Shown: piece by piece, positions 1 to 11,115 of the stretch | Layout: each line of letters starts with the position of its first letter | Numbering within the stretch: the stretch's first letter is position 1 | Source: Corallochytrium limacisporum Hawaii | Lineage: Eukaryota > Protista > Pluriformea | Assembly (NCBI GenBank): GCA_002811645.1 | Contig: PDIP01000010.1 | Span: forward strand, 1 to 64,000 | Length of the DNA: 64,000 bases | Direction: 5' to 3' | The notes under the pieces: model-generated | What the model was told of the DNA's origin: nothing | What the model saw: the letters and a program-made list of their open reading frames with translations, nothing else | The model's database searches: none | Position numbers and translations under genes: made by a program

Positions 1-450
1 GAAAAAAAAAGGAAAGGGGGGGGGGGGGGGCCTTTGGTCTGGGTCGGGCCTGCGCTATTTCCCGGCCCCGAGAAACCCGCCCCCGGGCGAAGACAAGGAG
101 GAGGGAGAGGAAAAATGGCAAGAGATTTTGTGAGCGAGCGCCAACCCCTCCCCCCGACTTTTTCTCTGCACCACCGTCAAGGCGGGAGCGGTGTTCCTTC
201 CTGAACTCTTCGGATGGAAAAGCGGGCGTTTAGGGAAGGGCCGGACTCCGGTCCCAGTTTTTCGAAAGCGAGATGGACCCATGCAAATTCGGCAGCGGAC
301 CCGTCATTGGCGATGGGTCATGAGGGCGAGGGGCATATTAAGGTATCGTGTGTGTAGAGGAGTCATCGCAATGTTTATAGATGCTTTTTTAGTCGTGATG
401 ATAAATACGACAGTCTTGAACTGTTTCTGTGACGGAAGCAAGCTTCGGGT

Positions 451-3400
451 TTATATGTCTTTCTTGAGCGCTGCCTGTTCTTTGATCTGGTCGTTTGCCT
501 TCTCGTTCCCGTTTCCGGCCATCTTGTTCTGCAGATGGACCTGCTCTAAGACCTTTGTGGCCAAAAACTTCTCACGAGCAATCTTAACCTGCACCCGACG
601 AGGGACGTCAGGGATGAAGAAGTCAATCAGAGCCAGGAGACCAAAGATCACATGCTCAATAATGAGAATGGCCGCTACCTGGGTGATGCGGAGCTGCCAG
701 AAGAAGCGCTCATTGGCATCCTTGTAGGATTCGTAGTAGCAGTCTTGGCTGACTGGGAACTCCGCCGGAGTGGCTAGTGCGTACTTGACATTCAAGTATC
801 CGTCGTACGAGTCATCGTTCCAATGATAGTAGAATCGACTGCTCGTGTACTCTGACGTGAAAGCGACAATTAGCGCATTGGATATTACGGCCAGCCGACT
901 CATGACCGCCAGCACCGGATACCACGTACCAATACCGCTCGCCCGCAAGGGCGGTGCTCGCTTGGTGGTCACCAGGAACTTCTGGGCATCGATGCGAATT
1001 TCAAAGATATTGTTCACAAGGCCCAGGATGGCACCGAGTGGGAAAGCAGCCGCAAAGAGGATGGCATAGCCAAACTGAATCATAATCTCAAGATACTCAC
1101 CCTGGACTGTTGATGCAGGTGCCAGCACGGCATCGCGTTCCCAGGGGCTGCCGCCCTTCATCTTTTCAATCTTTTCGGCCTTGACACGGGCCAGGTAAGG
1201 CAGACCGACCTCAATAATGTTGCCGACAAAGACCTTTCCACCAAAGATAATAAGCATGGTCACGTATGTCTCAAACATGCATCCATAGGATCCACAGCCG
1301 CCAATACGGAGACCAAATATCTCAGCCTCAGAACCAGGACGATTACTGAGGTTGCCAAGAATCAGAGCGACGTATAGAATGGGCGCGTAGTTCACAACAA
1401 AGTAGAAGATGAACAGCTTCATGACCAGTGAACGATCGTAGTCACTCTGAAGACGCCAATTCTCGTACTCCGTCAAGATAAGTGCAAAGTAGGCCACGAC
1501 GCGCTCCATGATGAGAATGAAGAGTAGGGAAATAACAGCTGAAATGATGCCCGCCGCCAGACTACTGTCGTCAGCGGACTCATCGTAGAGGCTTCCGTAA
1601 ATTGCCGCTCGCATGGCCGCGTTTAGTACCAGATAGAGCACCACAATGCCAACAAAAATAATGCCAACAACGAGAGAACCGCTTACCTTGAGCATACGTT
1701 GTGGCCAAGACAAAACCGGACGATTCTTGCCCGTCACTGGGTCAACCTCCTCATGTGTTGACTGGAAGGCCGGTCGCTCCCTATCCCTTGAGTGGGTTTC
1801 CAAAACATCCCACTCATAGCCAAGCTGATTCTGCTTCCGCTTCCAGAATTCGAGAAATGCCACCGCCCAGATGGCTGCAAACAGGCCGACCGCGGCACTT
1901 GATGCGTTGTCGTTGAAGGTACTCAGCTTCGATCCCTTACATTCAGCATCGCTGAGGGTAATGAAGTCGCCGCCTTCGACTTGGGGACACAGAAGCAGGT
2001 CTGAAGCGCAAATCTGATCAGTTATTGCCGAATTGTCCACCTGAGAAATTCCATACACGGTAACAATGAGAGCCAAGATGGATGCAAAAGCCAACCAGCC
2101 CGTGTAAAAGCCAATCCATGCAAAGTAGAAAGCTGTTCTAGAACCAAAATATTCTCGAATTTCCCAGTGAGGCTGCATCCTGAAAAGATTCTTGTATGAT
2201 GCCCACGCGTCATAGAGCATGCGGCGATCACTTTTACTGTGCTCCTCATCGAGCCCGTGCTCCTTACCAACACTGCCTTCATGAAGAGGAAAAGCGGAGG
2301 TATAGATGCCAAAACCGAGTAGACCTTGAATACTGATGTGGTTGGACTGAGGGCCCCAGCGCTTGCTGTCGAGAATATTGTATGCCAGCAGAGATCTCTG
2401 CGCGTACGTGAAGAACGCATCCTTGTCCTCACTGCCGACGAAATCGTCCAGGCGATCGCGACGGAATTTGGCGCTATAGACGCCATCCTGTTCTTCAAGT
2501 CTGCGCGTTATCCGCAGCTTGACAGCCAGTTCAAACATTTGATCTGCTGTCTTCCTATACAGGCGGCGACTGGCACCAAAGAAGCCCGGTAATTCGTCAA
2601 GGTCCTTCTTTCCGAGATCATCATCAACGTTGTGAATGGGTTTCTTCAGCTCAATACGTTCTGCTTCCATGGCGAGCGCTTCGAAAGGAAAGTGAATTTT
2701 GACATACATCCAGCGACCATCCCGATCAAGTTCTCTGTGGATGTATGCCTTCTGTCCCTTAATTAACCTCTCTTCGAACCTACGGCGGATCTTCGCAAGC
2801 TTATCCTTCTTCTTGCGGTGCCACATTAAAACGTAGTCAATTCTACTGCCGTCAGGCATATGATTGAAAATTTCAGGACCATCTTCACGAACATCGTAGC
2901 TTCTGGAGTCCAATGGATCATACTTATGGCTCCAATACTGGTTTGGGGAGAGGTAGCCCGGCTCTCCCTCTTGGTAACGGCTCTGCAGCCTTCTGCCAGT
3001 CTCGTCTTTGAATTGATCTGAATTTACAGAGGCAGTATCACTGTCAATGTCTTCCATAGTTTGTAAAACTTCCTGTTGTTTCAAAGAAGATTGGCGCAAC
3101 GGAACGCTACTTAGTTCTTCAGCAGGTGAAAATGGTCCCCCGGTAGCGTCAGGAGACAAGTACGTGTCGCCTGATGGTCTTCGCTCGGGCGATCCACCTG
3201 CAGGCGCGTATAGTTCGTAAGGGGAGTGTGGTCTTGGAGGTTCAGCAGGAGGTAGAGGAGAACTTGCACCCCCATACGCGGGTTCCTGCGGCGGCGGTGG
3301 TGGTGCATGCGAAGGATACCCAGGTTGCTGATAGCCCGGCGGATGTGGAGGATAGCCCTGTTGCGGTGGATAGCCCTGGTGCGGTGGATAGCCCTGCTGC

Positions 3401-3501
3401 GGTGGATAGCCAGGTTGATGGGGAGGATACCCCGGATTCTCATTACTTTGGCCACCGACGTTCCAGCCTGGAGCCGGTGGTTGGTTGTACGGGTCGGACA
3501 T
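451..3501 (-). CDS. Anoctamin/TMEM16 family Ca2+-activated channel/scramblase
   Basis: 1016-aa ORF. Contains 'RIDYVL', 'IREYFGSRTAFYFAWIGFYT', 'FLEFWKRKQ', and the Ca-binding segments 'EYLEIMIQFGY' and 'NNIFEIRIDAQK'. About 10 hydrophobic helices and a Pro/Gln/Tyr-rich N-terminus. Confidence 0.95.
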   Translation of the reverse strand: MSDPYNQPPAPGWNVGGQSNENPGYPPHQPGYPPQQGYPPHQGYPPQQGYPPHPPGYQQPGYPSHAPPPPPQEPAYGGASSPLPPAEPPRPHSPYELYAPAGGSPERRPSGDTYLSPDATGGPFSPAEELSSVPLRQSSLKQQEVLQTMEDIDSDTASVNSDQFKDETGRRLQSRYQEGEPGYLSPNQYWSHKYDPLDSRSYDVREDGPEIFNHMPDGSRIDYVLMWHRKKKDKLAKIRRRFEERLIKGQKAYIHRELDRDGRWMYVKIHFPFEALAMEAERIELKKPIHNVDDDLGKKDLDELPGFFGASRRLYRKTADQMFELAVKLRITRRLEEQDGVYSAKFRRDRLDDFVGSEDKDAFFTYAQRSLLAYNILDSKRWGPQSNHISIQGLLGFGIYTSAFPLHEGSVGKEHGLDEEHSKSDRRMLYDAWASYKNLFRMQPHWEIREYFGSRTAFYFAWIGFYTGWLAFASILALIVTVYGISQVDNSAITDQICASDLLLCPQVEGGDFITLSDAECKGSKLSTFNDNASSAAVGLFAAIWAVAFLEFWKRKQNQLGYEWDVLETHSRDRERPAFQSTHEEVDPVTGKNRPVLSWPQRMLKVSGSLVVGIIFVGIVVLYLVLNAAMRAAIYGSLYDESADDSSLAAGIISAVISLLFILIMERVVAYFALILTEYENWRLQSDYDRSLVMKLFIFYFVVNYAPILYVALILGNLSNRPGSEAEIFGLRIGGCGSYGCMFETYVTMLIIFGGKVFVGNIIEVGLPYLARVKAEKIEKMKGGSPWERDAVLAPASTVQGEYLEIMIQFGYAILFAAAFPLGAILGLVNNIFEIRIDAQKFLVTTKRAPPLRASGIGTWYPVLAVMSRLAVISNALIVAFTSEYTSSRFYYHWNDDSYDGYLNVKYALATPAEFPVSQDCYYESYKDANERFFWQLRITQVAAILIIEHVIFGLLALIDFFIPDVPRRVQVKIAREKFLATKVLEQVHLQNKMAGNGNEKANDQIKEQAALKKDI
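3307..3432 (-). repeat. Coding tandem repeat (18-bp unit) encoding GYPP(H/Q)Q in the anoctamin N-terminus
   Basis: Repeated 'ggatagccctgNtgcggt' on the + strand, translating to GYPPHQPGYPPQQGYPPHQGYPPQQGYPPHPPGY. Confidence 0.9.
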
Positions 3502-4242
3502 GGCGAGTTGTGTATTGTGGAATGTTACTATGACCTTTACGTGAACTTCATCGCAAGCCCCATGTTATTTTGTACACCCGGACGGTACGATCACAGTTCA
3601 TTGAAAATTGAAAATGAACAGATCTTTTGCCTGAAATATCATGCAACTTAAAATGAAACCCATTCACGAATGCACCCGTTGTGCCGACGAGTAAGACGTA
3701 AAAGGCATCGCTAAAGCCAACGTACGTCAGTTTCCTCCTTCGCGGTGGGTCCGCGGCCTTTTGAGGTGGGCTGGTTTCTCATACAAATTCCAAGGCCCCC
3801 CCCCCCTTCTTCTTTACTTCCCTTTCTTTGGAGCGCTCGGCGCGCAGACCGAAGCGCTCCCACTACCGGCGGTAAGCGCCGGAGGGACCGAGGAACCTCA
3901 CCAGTAGAAACGGCACAAAAAACCAAATAAAAAAGGGATTATTTCGGTGGGAGAGACGCACCCGTCCGTAGAAACTTTTTTCTTCGCCAGTCTTAGTTGC
4001 CAAGGGCTCTGTGGTTGGGAGGCATTTCCCCCCCTTGAAATTTTCGAAATTGCCTTTTGGCTGGGCCGCGGGACGAGCCCGTGTAGGGGGGGGGTTTGGC
4101 TAAAGATCAAAGGAAATCGGCTCACGGGGCCTTGATGACGGTCACGAACTGAACGGGGGGCGAGTGCATGTATTATGAACAAATTTGTAAAATGATGGCA
4201 AGGCTGTTTTGTTGTGATAGCCCATTGATAGATGCGTTGCTT

Positions 4243-5442
4243 TTACACTGTCTTGATCCACCTGTTTCGCTCGACCCGTTTGTGCCAGCATTCGAGGTGG
4301 AACATCCGCGTACCCAAGCTGTTGTCGACGTAACAGGCACCGGAGAACCCCTTGTCTGGGTTTTCGATAATGACATCAAAGCACTCTGCGCAACGAGGGC
4401 CCGCAAACTTCTCATAACATTCCCGGTGGTATGGCTTGCCTAAATACATACCGTATTCGCCACTAAAGTCGCGTCCAATGCAAATGAGCTCGCCAGTCTC
4501 CGGCAGGTTGTGCGAATTCCTAGTGTTCCGTTTCATAATCAGGGGATCGCCACAATAAGCACACCGTTTGACATGCATCCTTGAGTAGCACTCCCAGTGA
4601 TAGACCTTGCCAAGTTCGTTGACTGCTTTGTACAGTTCATTCTCTCGGATAGGATTAAAACATTGGGTACAACGAGAGTTGACAACTTCTACAAATCCAA
4701 CTACAATGGGTTGCTGCAATTGAAACAAAGGCCTTGTGTCCTCATACTCCTCAGCCTCCGGAGTAGGGATACGAGGACTAGCTTTCCGCCCTTCCTTGGT
4801 CAGTGCTTCCGGCTCTGGCCGATGCCCATCGTACGCCGGTGGACTTTCGTTCATGACCGTGTCATAAGATGGTGGCATATCACTGGGACGTCCGGCGGAC
4901 GTCGAAGCACCCTTGGATGTAGAAGCACTCGTGTGTGGGGTGGCTACCCACGCTGGGTCTTCCTTGAATAAATTTTCATTGCTTTCACCTACAATTTTGC
5001 TGATCGCCTGGTCAGCAGCAGACCAGTGGTCATCCCGATTCTTCCTATTCGAACGCATACTGCTGCCATAGTTGTATGCTTGTTGTTCCAGTTCGTAGCG
5101 ACGTTGCTGTTCTTCCCATTCCCGCTGGTAGCGATCAGCTTCCTCCTTTTCCTTTTGCTCTCGTAACCGACGTTCCTCTTCATATTTCTTCTGTGTCTTT
5201 TGGTACTCTGTGAGATATTCATTTTCAACAAATGGATTCGGAATTTGACTACTCTTGGCACTTGAAGATCCCGGCAAAGGCTTGCTAAAATCAATCAAGT
5301 CTTGCGGTCGCGGGTCACCCCGCAGACGTGCAAGTGCTCTATCATATGTTCCTTCGACATCGTACGCAACAGAGGCGATGACTTCATCAAATCCGTGCTC
5401 TACAAGCAACTTGATCGCCTCCGATCTTGTGTAGTTCGACAT
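4243..5442 (-). CDS. UBA-like domain + three LIM-like (CxxC...HxxC) zinc-finger protein
   Basis: 399 aa. N-terminal 'AIKLLVEHGFDEVIASVAYDVEGTYDRALARL' resembles a UBA domain. C-terminal fingers are CTQC..HWEC, CAYC..HREC and CAEC..HLEC. Also carries PPSY, PPAY, NPF and LIDF motifs. Confidence 0.8.
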   Translation of the reverse strand: MSNYTRSEAIKLLVEHGFDEVIASVAYDVEGTYDRALARLRGDPRPQDLIDFSKPLPGSSSAKSSQIPNPFVENEYLTEYQKTQKKYEEERRLREQKEKEEADRYQREWEEQQRRYELEQQAYNYGSSMRSNRKNRDDHWSAADQAISKIVGESNENLFKEDPAWVATPHTSASTSKGASTSAGRPSDMPPSYDTVMNESPPAYDGHRPEPEALTKEGRKASPRIPTPEAEEYEDTRPLFQLQQPIVVGFVEVVNSRCTQCFNPIRENELYKAVNELGKVYHWECYSRMHVKRCAYCGDPLIMKRNTRNSHNLPETGELICIGRDFSGEYGMYLGKPYHRECYEKFAGPRCAECFDVIIENPDKGFSGACYVDNSLGTRMFHLECWHKRVERNRWIKTV

Positions 5443-5901
5443 GACTTTTCCCGAGCTGGCTCTGCGTTACGGGAGGCTGATCCAAGTCGTCACCATTGAG
5501 TAAATTAGAGAATTTTTGTACCAAAATATTCTGCGCACAAAGTTGTGCGAGTGAACATCTCTCACCGGATGCGAGGCCCCCAAAACTTTCAGCTCAATCA
5601 AATAAACCTTACACACGGGGACGTCCGGATTGGTTGCTTTTTCCTGTCATGGCCCCGGCCGGATCCAACACCCCCTCCCGCCTGTCCCAACCCTTCCTCT
5701 CCTGCCCTGAGGGGCGTTTTATCGGGCCTGGCCCCTGTGCATTTTACCTTTGCGAACGGTAGCAAAAGATAGGGGAGAGCCTGGCCTCCCCCTTTTTTCC
5801 GGTTTCAACTCCCCATCTGCGTCGCTCTGTCCTGCAAAAGCGAGCGCAGCCCAGATTCAACCCACCCATCCTCTCTGCACCTGCCCCAAATGGGCAGAGT
5901 C

Positions 5902-5914
5902 GTACTTTCAGTAC
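5902..5914 (+). promoter_or_regulatory. GTACWTTCAGTAC intergenic motif, copy 1
   Basis: gtactttcagtac. Confidence 0.55.
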
Positions 5915-6836
5915 CAAGGGACACAGGGCAACGCACGGGGAACGGCATTTATTAACTGAACACCTATATTTAAATCCATTAAATGATATTGTGGCACTTC
6001 CTCTGTGGGTGGCTTTTGTTTTGAACCGTCCACGGTGGCGCGCGTTCAAACGTTCGTTCCGCCATCCATTGTCAAAGTCGCCATGGTCATACTATTACTG
6101 CAGGAAATCAATCACTGCCTGCGATACCATGCATGTGGTAGTGAAACTCTTTAGACCTAGCATGAGCGGAATTCCTACGTTCCATGATATGTCATGACCG
6201 CGTAAATATCGAATGAATGTTAAAGCTCCCGGCAGTTGGTGTCCACATATATACCGCCCTGTTGCTGACTGGTTGATACCCTGATGATGTAGTGTATTGT
6301 TCTGTACGAATAAGGGGTACAGAAAAAGTGTCATTCCGGCACGGGCACCATAGCCAGACTGACACGGAGACAGGTAGCGGAGGCTTTGCTCAGTACACAC
6401 ACCCCGATCAATTTCTCGGAAACCAAAAATCAAAAACACGACATTCATCAATGGGATTCCTCTGCATATCCCCCGTCAGTGCCATAGATACAGTATGAGA
6501 AACGAGCACAGGGTTTGGAACGGACCACCGGACCAGAGACGCCGTGGAGACCGGAAAATAGGCCCGCAATTTTAATTTCCAGAAATCCTCCTTCGGTTTA
6601 CGCGCTTACATATCACATGTGCGTGATCGTCCGCTTGGTCCCGCCTGTGTGTAGGTCGGCGGGGAAGTACGGTACTCACTGTACTGACTTTTACGTCCGC
6701 TGTCGGAAGAAGTAGGGACGCGGGGTGTTGCTCGGTTGTTGCTGCCTGGTCCGTGGCCTGTGTGTGTGGGAGGGTCACCGGGCGCTGGCGTTGTATTGTG
6801 TTTGGGGCCGGGGAAGGAAGGAGGAGAATGGGGGGG

Positions 6837-7062
6837 NNNNNNNNNNNNNNNNNNNNNNNNNNNNNNNNNNNNNNNNNNNNNNNNNNNNNNNNNNNNNNNN
6901 NNNNNNNNNNNNNNNNNNNNNNNNNNNNNNNNNNNNNNNNNNNNNNNNNNNNNNNNNNNNNNNNNNNNNNNNNNNNNNNNNNNNNNNNNNNNNNNNNNNN
7001 NNNNNNNNNNNNNNNNNNNNNNNNNNNNNNNNNNNNNNNNNNNNNNNNNNNNNNNNNNNNNN
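6837..7062. other. Assembly gap (N run) flanked by G homopolymers
   Basis: Run of N bases. Confidence 1.
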
Positions 7063-8112
7063 GGGGGGGGGGAATCCCGAAAAAACGACTCGCTGGTTGC
7101 ACCCCCTTCTCTTTCTGGGAACTCACCAATTTCTTACATAATGTACGGACAATTGACTGGTCATGAGATCAACCAGCGGAGGACGTGAAGCGACTGCAAT
7201 CAACGGCATTAACCAAACATCGAGGGAAGTTGGGAAGGGAACCGTGGTGATTGGGATTGGGATTCATCCATTTCTTTTGTGACGAAGTCTTTCTCTTTGG
7301 TGAGACGGATTGCCCATTGCGGTAGTGAATGTATCGCTCTTCTTCGGGCAGGCAACGGCACAGAAAATTAATTGCTTATCTTGTCCTACCGCGGATGCGA
7401 ATCCTCGGAAGTTCTGTCCATTGTTTTTATAGCATCAGAGCCATTCAAATTGGGCCTGATGATTGAGTGGTGTGGGAGCCAAAACCGCACCAGCCAGTAG
7501 GCTTAGGTAGAACGAAACGGGAAGAAAAGGAGGGCACCAAAAATTCTTGTCGTCCTCTCTTGCGAATCAAAAAAATGAATAACCGGTCTTTGCCCACACA
7601 CATAGTTTTCGGGCCCTTGCAGAAATTAAGCGACACCAGTGCCTCGCAGCCTTGGAATTTTCTTCAGCAAGAGCAAAAAATGGAGTTGAAAACGAAGCAC
7701 TCCGATGGCACTTCTGCCGCAGTCGTGTCCTCCGGTGCTATCTCTCTTTTTTTTTGTTCACCCTTTCTTGACGGTTCTTCTCGTTGCCGATACTCCTGTT
7801 CGCTGCCCACAACCAACTCCCCCTCTCCCGGGTCTCCTTTCCCAGCGGGGCTTGTGCACTGTCTCTTGTGCGTGTGCTGCCCCCCTGCTCCTCCCCCTCC
7901 CCCCCCTCACGCGTTGACTCTGTGCTCGGGTTCGAAAGAGCTCTTTTTCGTTGGAATTGAGCTCGACTCGACTCAAGTGGGTTTTCTCATTGGTAGTGAA
8001 TGTATGAAAGTTGGGATTCCAAGCGTTGGATCATCCTGGGCGCATGTTGGGACTCTGGAGCTCAGGACCTATCAAAACGCAGAGATTTTTTTAGCGACGC
8101 GGTACGCACTCC

Positions 8113-8125
8113 GTACTGAATGTAC
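8113..8125 (-). promoter_or_regulatory. GTACWTTCAGTAC intergenic motif, copy 2
   Basis: gtactgaatgtac on the + strand. Confidence 0.55.
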
Positions 8126-9118
8126 CTAGAATTCTGCTCACCCAAAGGGACCCCGTTTGGTGATTGGAGCGAATAGGAGCCAAGCCTGAGATTACACCTC
8201 ACTCAGTGTTATCGAGAGTGTACTAAATATTCTGCCTCCCAGCCAAGCGCGGTTTCAGAACGGAAGTTTTGACGCTGGTGTGTTCTCGGGTGTTTTTTTT
8301 TGTGTCTTCCTCCTTTTTGGGGGGTTTCTTTTTTTTTTCTTTGTGGTGGATCGCCGACCCCCAAGCTGCCGGTTCCCCCGGCTTTAATCCGCGGGTCTCC
8401 AAGATTCGGGGCGTGCTGTCAGTCGAGCGAGAAAAACGCCAATATTTCTTGGCTGCCGCCCCCTTCTGCGGTGACCGAGGGGTGGCTCCCGAAGTGACCG
8501 CACCATCGGGCGGTTAAAGGTAAGGTTGCACCGCACCGCTTCGTAATACATTTATCATCAGATAAATATGAACTGCGGGACCAGTACGTATCAATAAGGT
8601 GCAGTCCCGCATCCATCGCTCTCTCTCTCTCTCTCTTTGTGTGTTTACTTTTTTATTCGTGGCTCCCTAATTCTTCCCCCGTCGCCTCACCGTTCTCGCT
8701 GTTCCGGAAGGAAAACAGCGGTCGTGGCCCAGCGCATTCCTTCGGACCGTTTTTTGTGCCAAGCCGCCTGGGGAAGGGGGGGGAGGGAGAGACTGCTGAC
8801 AGCCGCAAGGGAGGGGAGGAGGACGGGAAAGGGTGGAGGAGGGGAGGTTTTGTCCTTGACTGTCCACCGTCGCAGTACACAGCAGGAAACCAAATCACGA
8901 CAGGGCCAGCCATTGTGGCTTGTCAGTCAATTTTTTTCTTTTGGGTTCCGCAAGCACGTACCTCACCGAAGCGAAGCTGAGTGGAGCGGAAAGCAGCGGT
9001 TGAAGGAAGGGACTGACTGGGCCGGGCGGGCCTTGAGTGAAACAATGGTCCCATCACACCTAAAAACCTGAGCAGAGGATATCGGGTGGCATACTTGAAC
9101 AAAGGAAGTCAGGATTCA

Positions 9119-9131
9119 GTACTGAATGTAC
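9119..9131 (-). promoter_or_regulatory. GTACWTTCAGTAC intergenic motif, copy 3
   Basis: gtactgaatgtac on the + strand; overlaps the palindrome attcagtactgaat (9114-9127). Confidence 0.55.
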
Positions 9132-11115
9132 ATACATTGACTCAAAAAGTCGTCTACTTGGGCCTTGTCTTAGGCTTGGCACTCACTCGCCCGCGTACCG
9201 CCATTTTCTTTCCCTCGCTTTTTCCTCTTATTTTTTTCTCTTTCTTCCTTCCATTTCTGGTTTCCGGGGCCCCGTTCTCTTTTCGCGCACAAAATACTAT
9301 AGAAAAATACCTGCCCAGACCACCACGTACCCCTCCCTTCCGCAATGCGGCGGGAGGAGGCCCCGCGGAGAGAGGGGGGGGTCCAAGAATTAGAGAGAAA
9401 ACAAAAATTGTTGCAGAACAAAATGTGCCCGCGTCCAGCCAATGTGAGCACAGAATGTAGCGAATGTAGTAGAATTTTCTCTGCCAAAATGTCGGACCCC
9501 GAAGCTTGGAGAAAAGGGGGCGCGGGACGGGGCGGTCGGCTTTTTTTTTTCTCTTTTCTCCTTTTCCTTTAATTTGGTTCCTTTTTTTTTCAAGGTTTTT
9601 ATTTTTTTAGTTTTCCCGTTTTCTGACTCCTCCCCGTTCGAGTTTCCCTGGCATTTTTCATACGAGAGGGCCCCCTCCTCTCCCCTTTCCCTGTGAAAGG
9701 CCGGCCCCCCTTCCCATCCCTTCCCCGGCGTACACACCCCACTGTCCGCCGCTCATTTTGCCGTGGCGGTCTGGCCACACACGGCGGTGTCTTGCCACCG
9801 CCAGCTCGCTGAGAAGCTTTCTGTGTCCACGCTAGTTTTTAAAGCCTTTTGGTTACCGGTGCCCCGGGCAGTGTGCCCTGGGACCCCTTTCTCACTTTTT
9901 TTTCTTCCTTTGCGTGTGTTTGAAATTTTGTCTCACGGAGGGGAGGGAGAAGAAAGAGAAAAATGTATTAAAAAATACCTTCGAAATGATAAGAGAAGGG
10001 GGGAGGGGGGTCGTTTGTAAACTCAGTCCTCTTTGGCGATTTTCTTGGAATTGCAAAGAAAAAGTGAGAGAGGGGGGGCCCAGAGAGAGAGAGGGAGAGG
10101 GGGGGGGCAAGGAAAATAAATGACTGCGGCGGCGCGCTTGGACCACCCCCGCCTTTCCTCGGCGGGGAGAAAAAAAAAGGGGGAGGGAGGCGGGAGTGAA
10201 AGCTTAAAATGCTTCCCCGCGGGGAGCGCAGCTGCTGAATTCGACCGTGGCGGGTGGGTGTGTGTGTGTGTGGGTGTATGCGTTGCGTGCGTTGTTGTGT
10301 TGCTTTCTTTGTGTTGCTTTCTTTAGTTCCAGGAAACAAAAAAAAAAGGGAAACACAAAATGCCACAGTCAATTCTCAGTACACAAGAACGCAAGGGTGA
10401 AAAACTTTCGCCGGGGGAGAACGAGAGAGCGAGAGCGAGAGAGACAGATAGAGAGGGACAGAGAGAGCGAGAGAGAGAGAGTGGTGCCAGCCCATCACTT
10501 CTTTTTTTTTGGAAACCGCACAAGTACAAAGCCGGCCCGTCAGGCGGACAGGACCCCCCTTGCCTATGTATGTTACGTGTGATGGATTGTTTGCAGACGA
10601 ACTGGGCCGGAATGAGGAAAAAAAAAAGAGAAAACGGAGTTTGGTTAAAACGGTGGGTACAACTTAGGGTGGTTTGTCGTGATTCAACATCTTGGTGGCG
10701 GTTTAATTGTTGTTATGCGCGCAGACAAAATATTGGAATGACTTGTTTTGTAAAGTTCTTGAATAGTTTTTTTGCGGCGTACATTACCGTAGTCCGGGAT
10801 ACTACTACTAGCGCAGCAGGGTATTTCCAACAACATAGCCAGGCCTCGATCGGTACATTGACGAAAGGATCTAAAATTACGTTTTAGTATTTTAATACTA
10901 TTACTTGTTTTTGTTCACGGCGGAATTTTGAACAGACTTTGTAAAAACGAAGGAGCATAACACCAGAGAGACTGAGCGACAGACAGAGAGGTTTCGTTTT
11001 ACCAACATGGATATGGCTGTGTAAAGTGCTTAAGCAATTGTATGTAATTCGAATGGTTTTCGAAGACTGAAGTTAAACACACATACAGACATCGTATACA
11101 AATACACGGACAAAA

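Noticed and set aside
6572-10887. Many 60-220 aa ORFs in the low-complexity intergenic region (likewise 36000-37800 and 48100-49200)
   Set aside because: The translations are homopolymer- or microsatellite-derived (poly-P/G/F/K, ER repeats) or span Ns, and show no coding signature.
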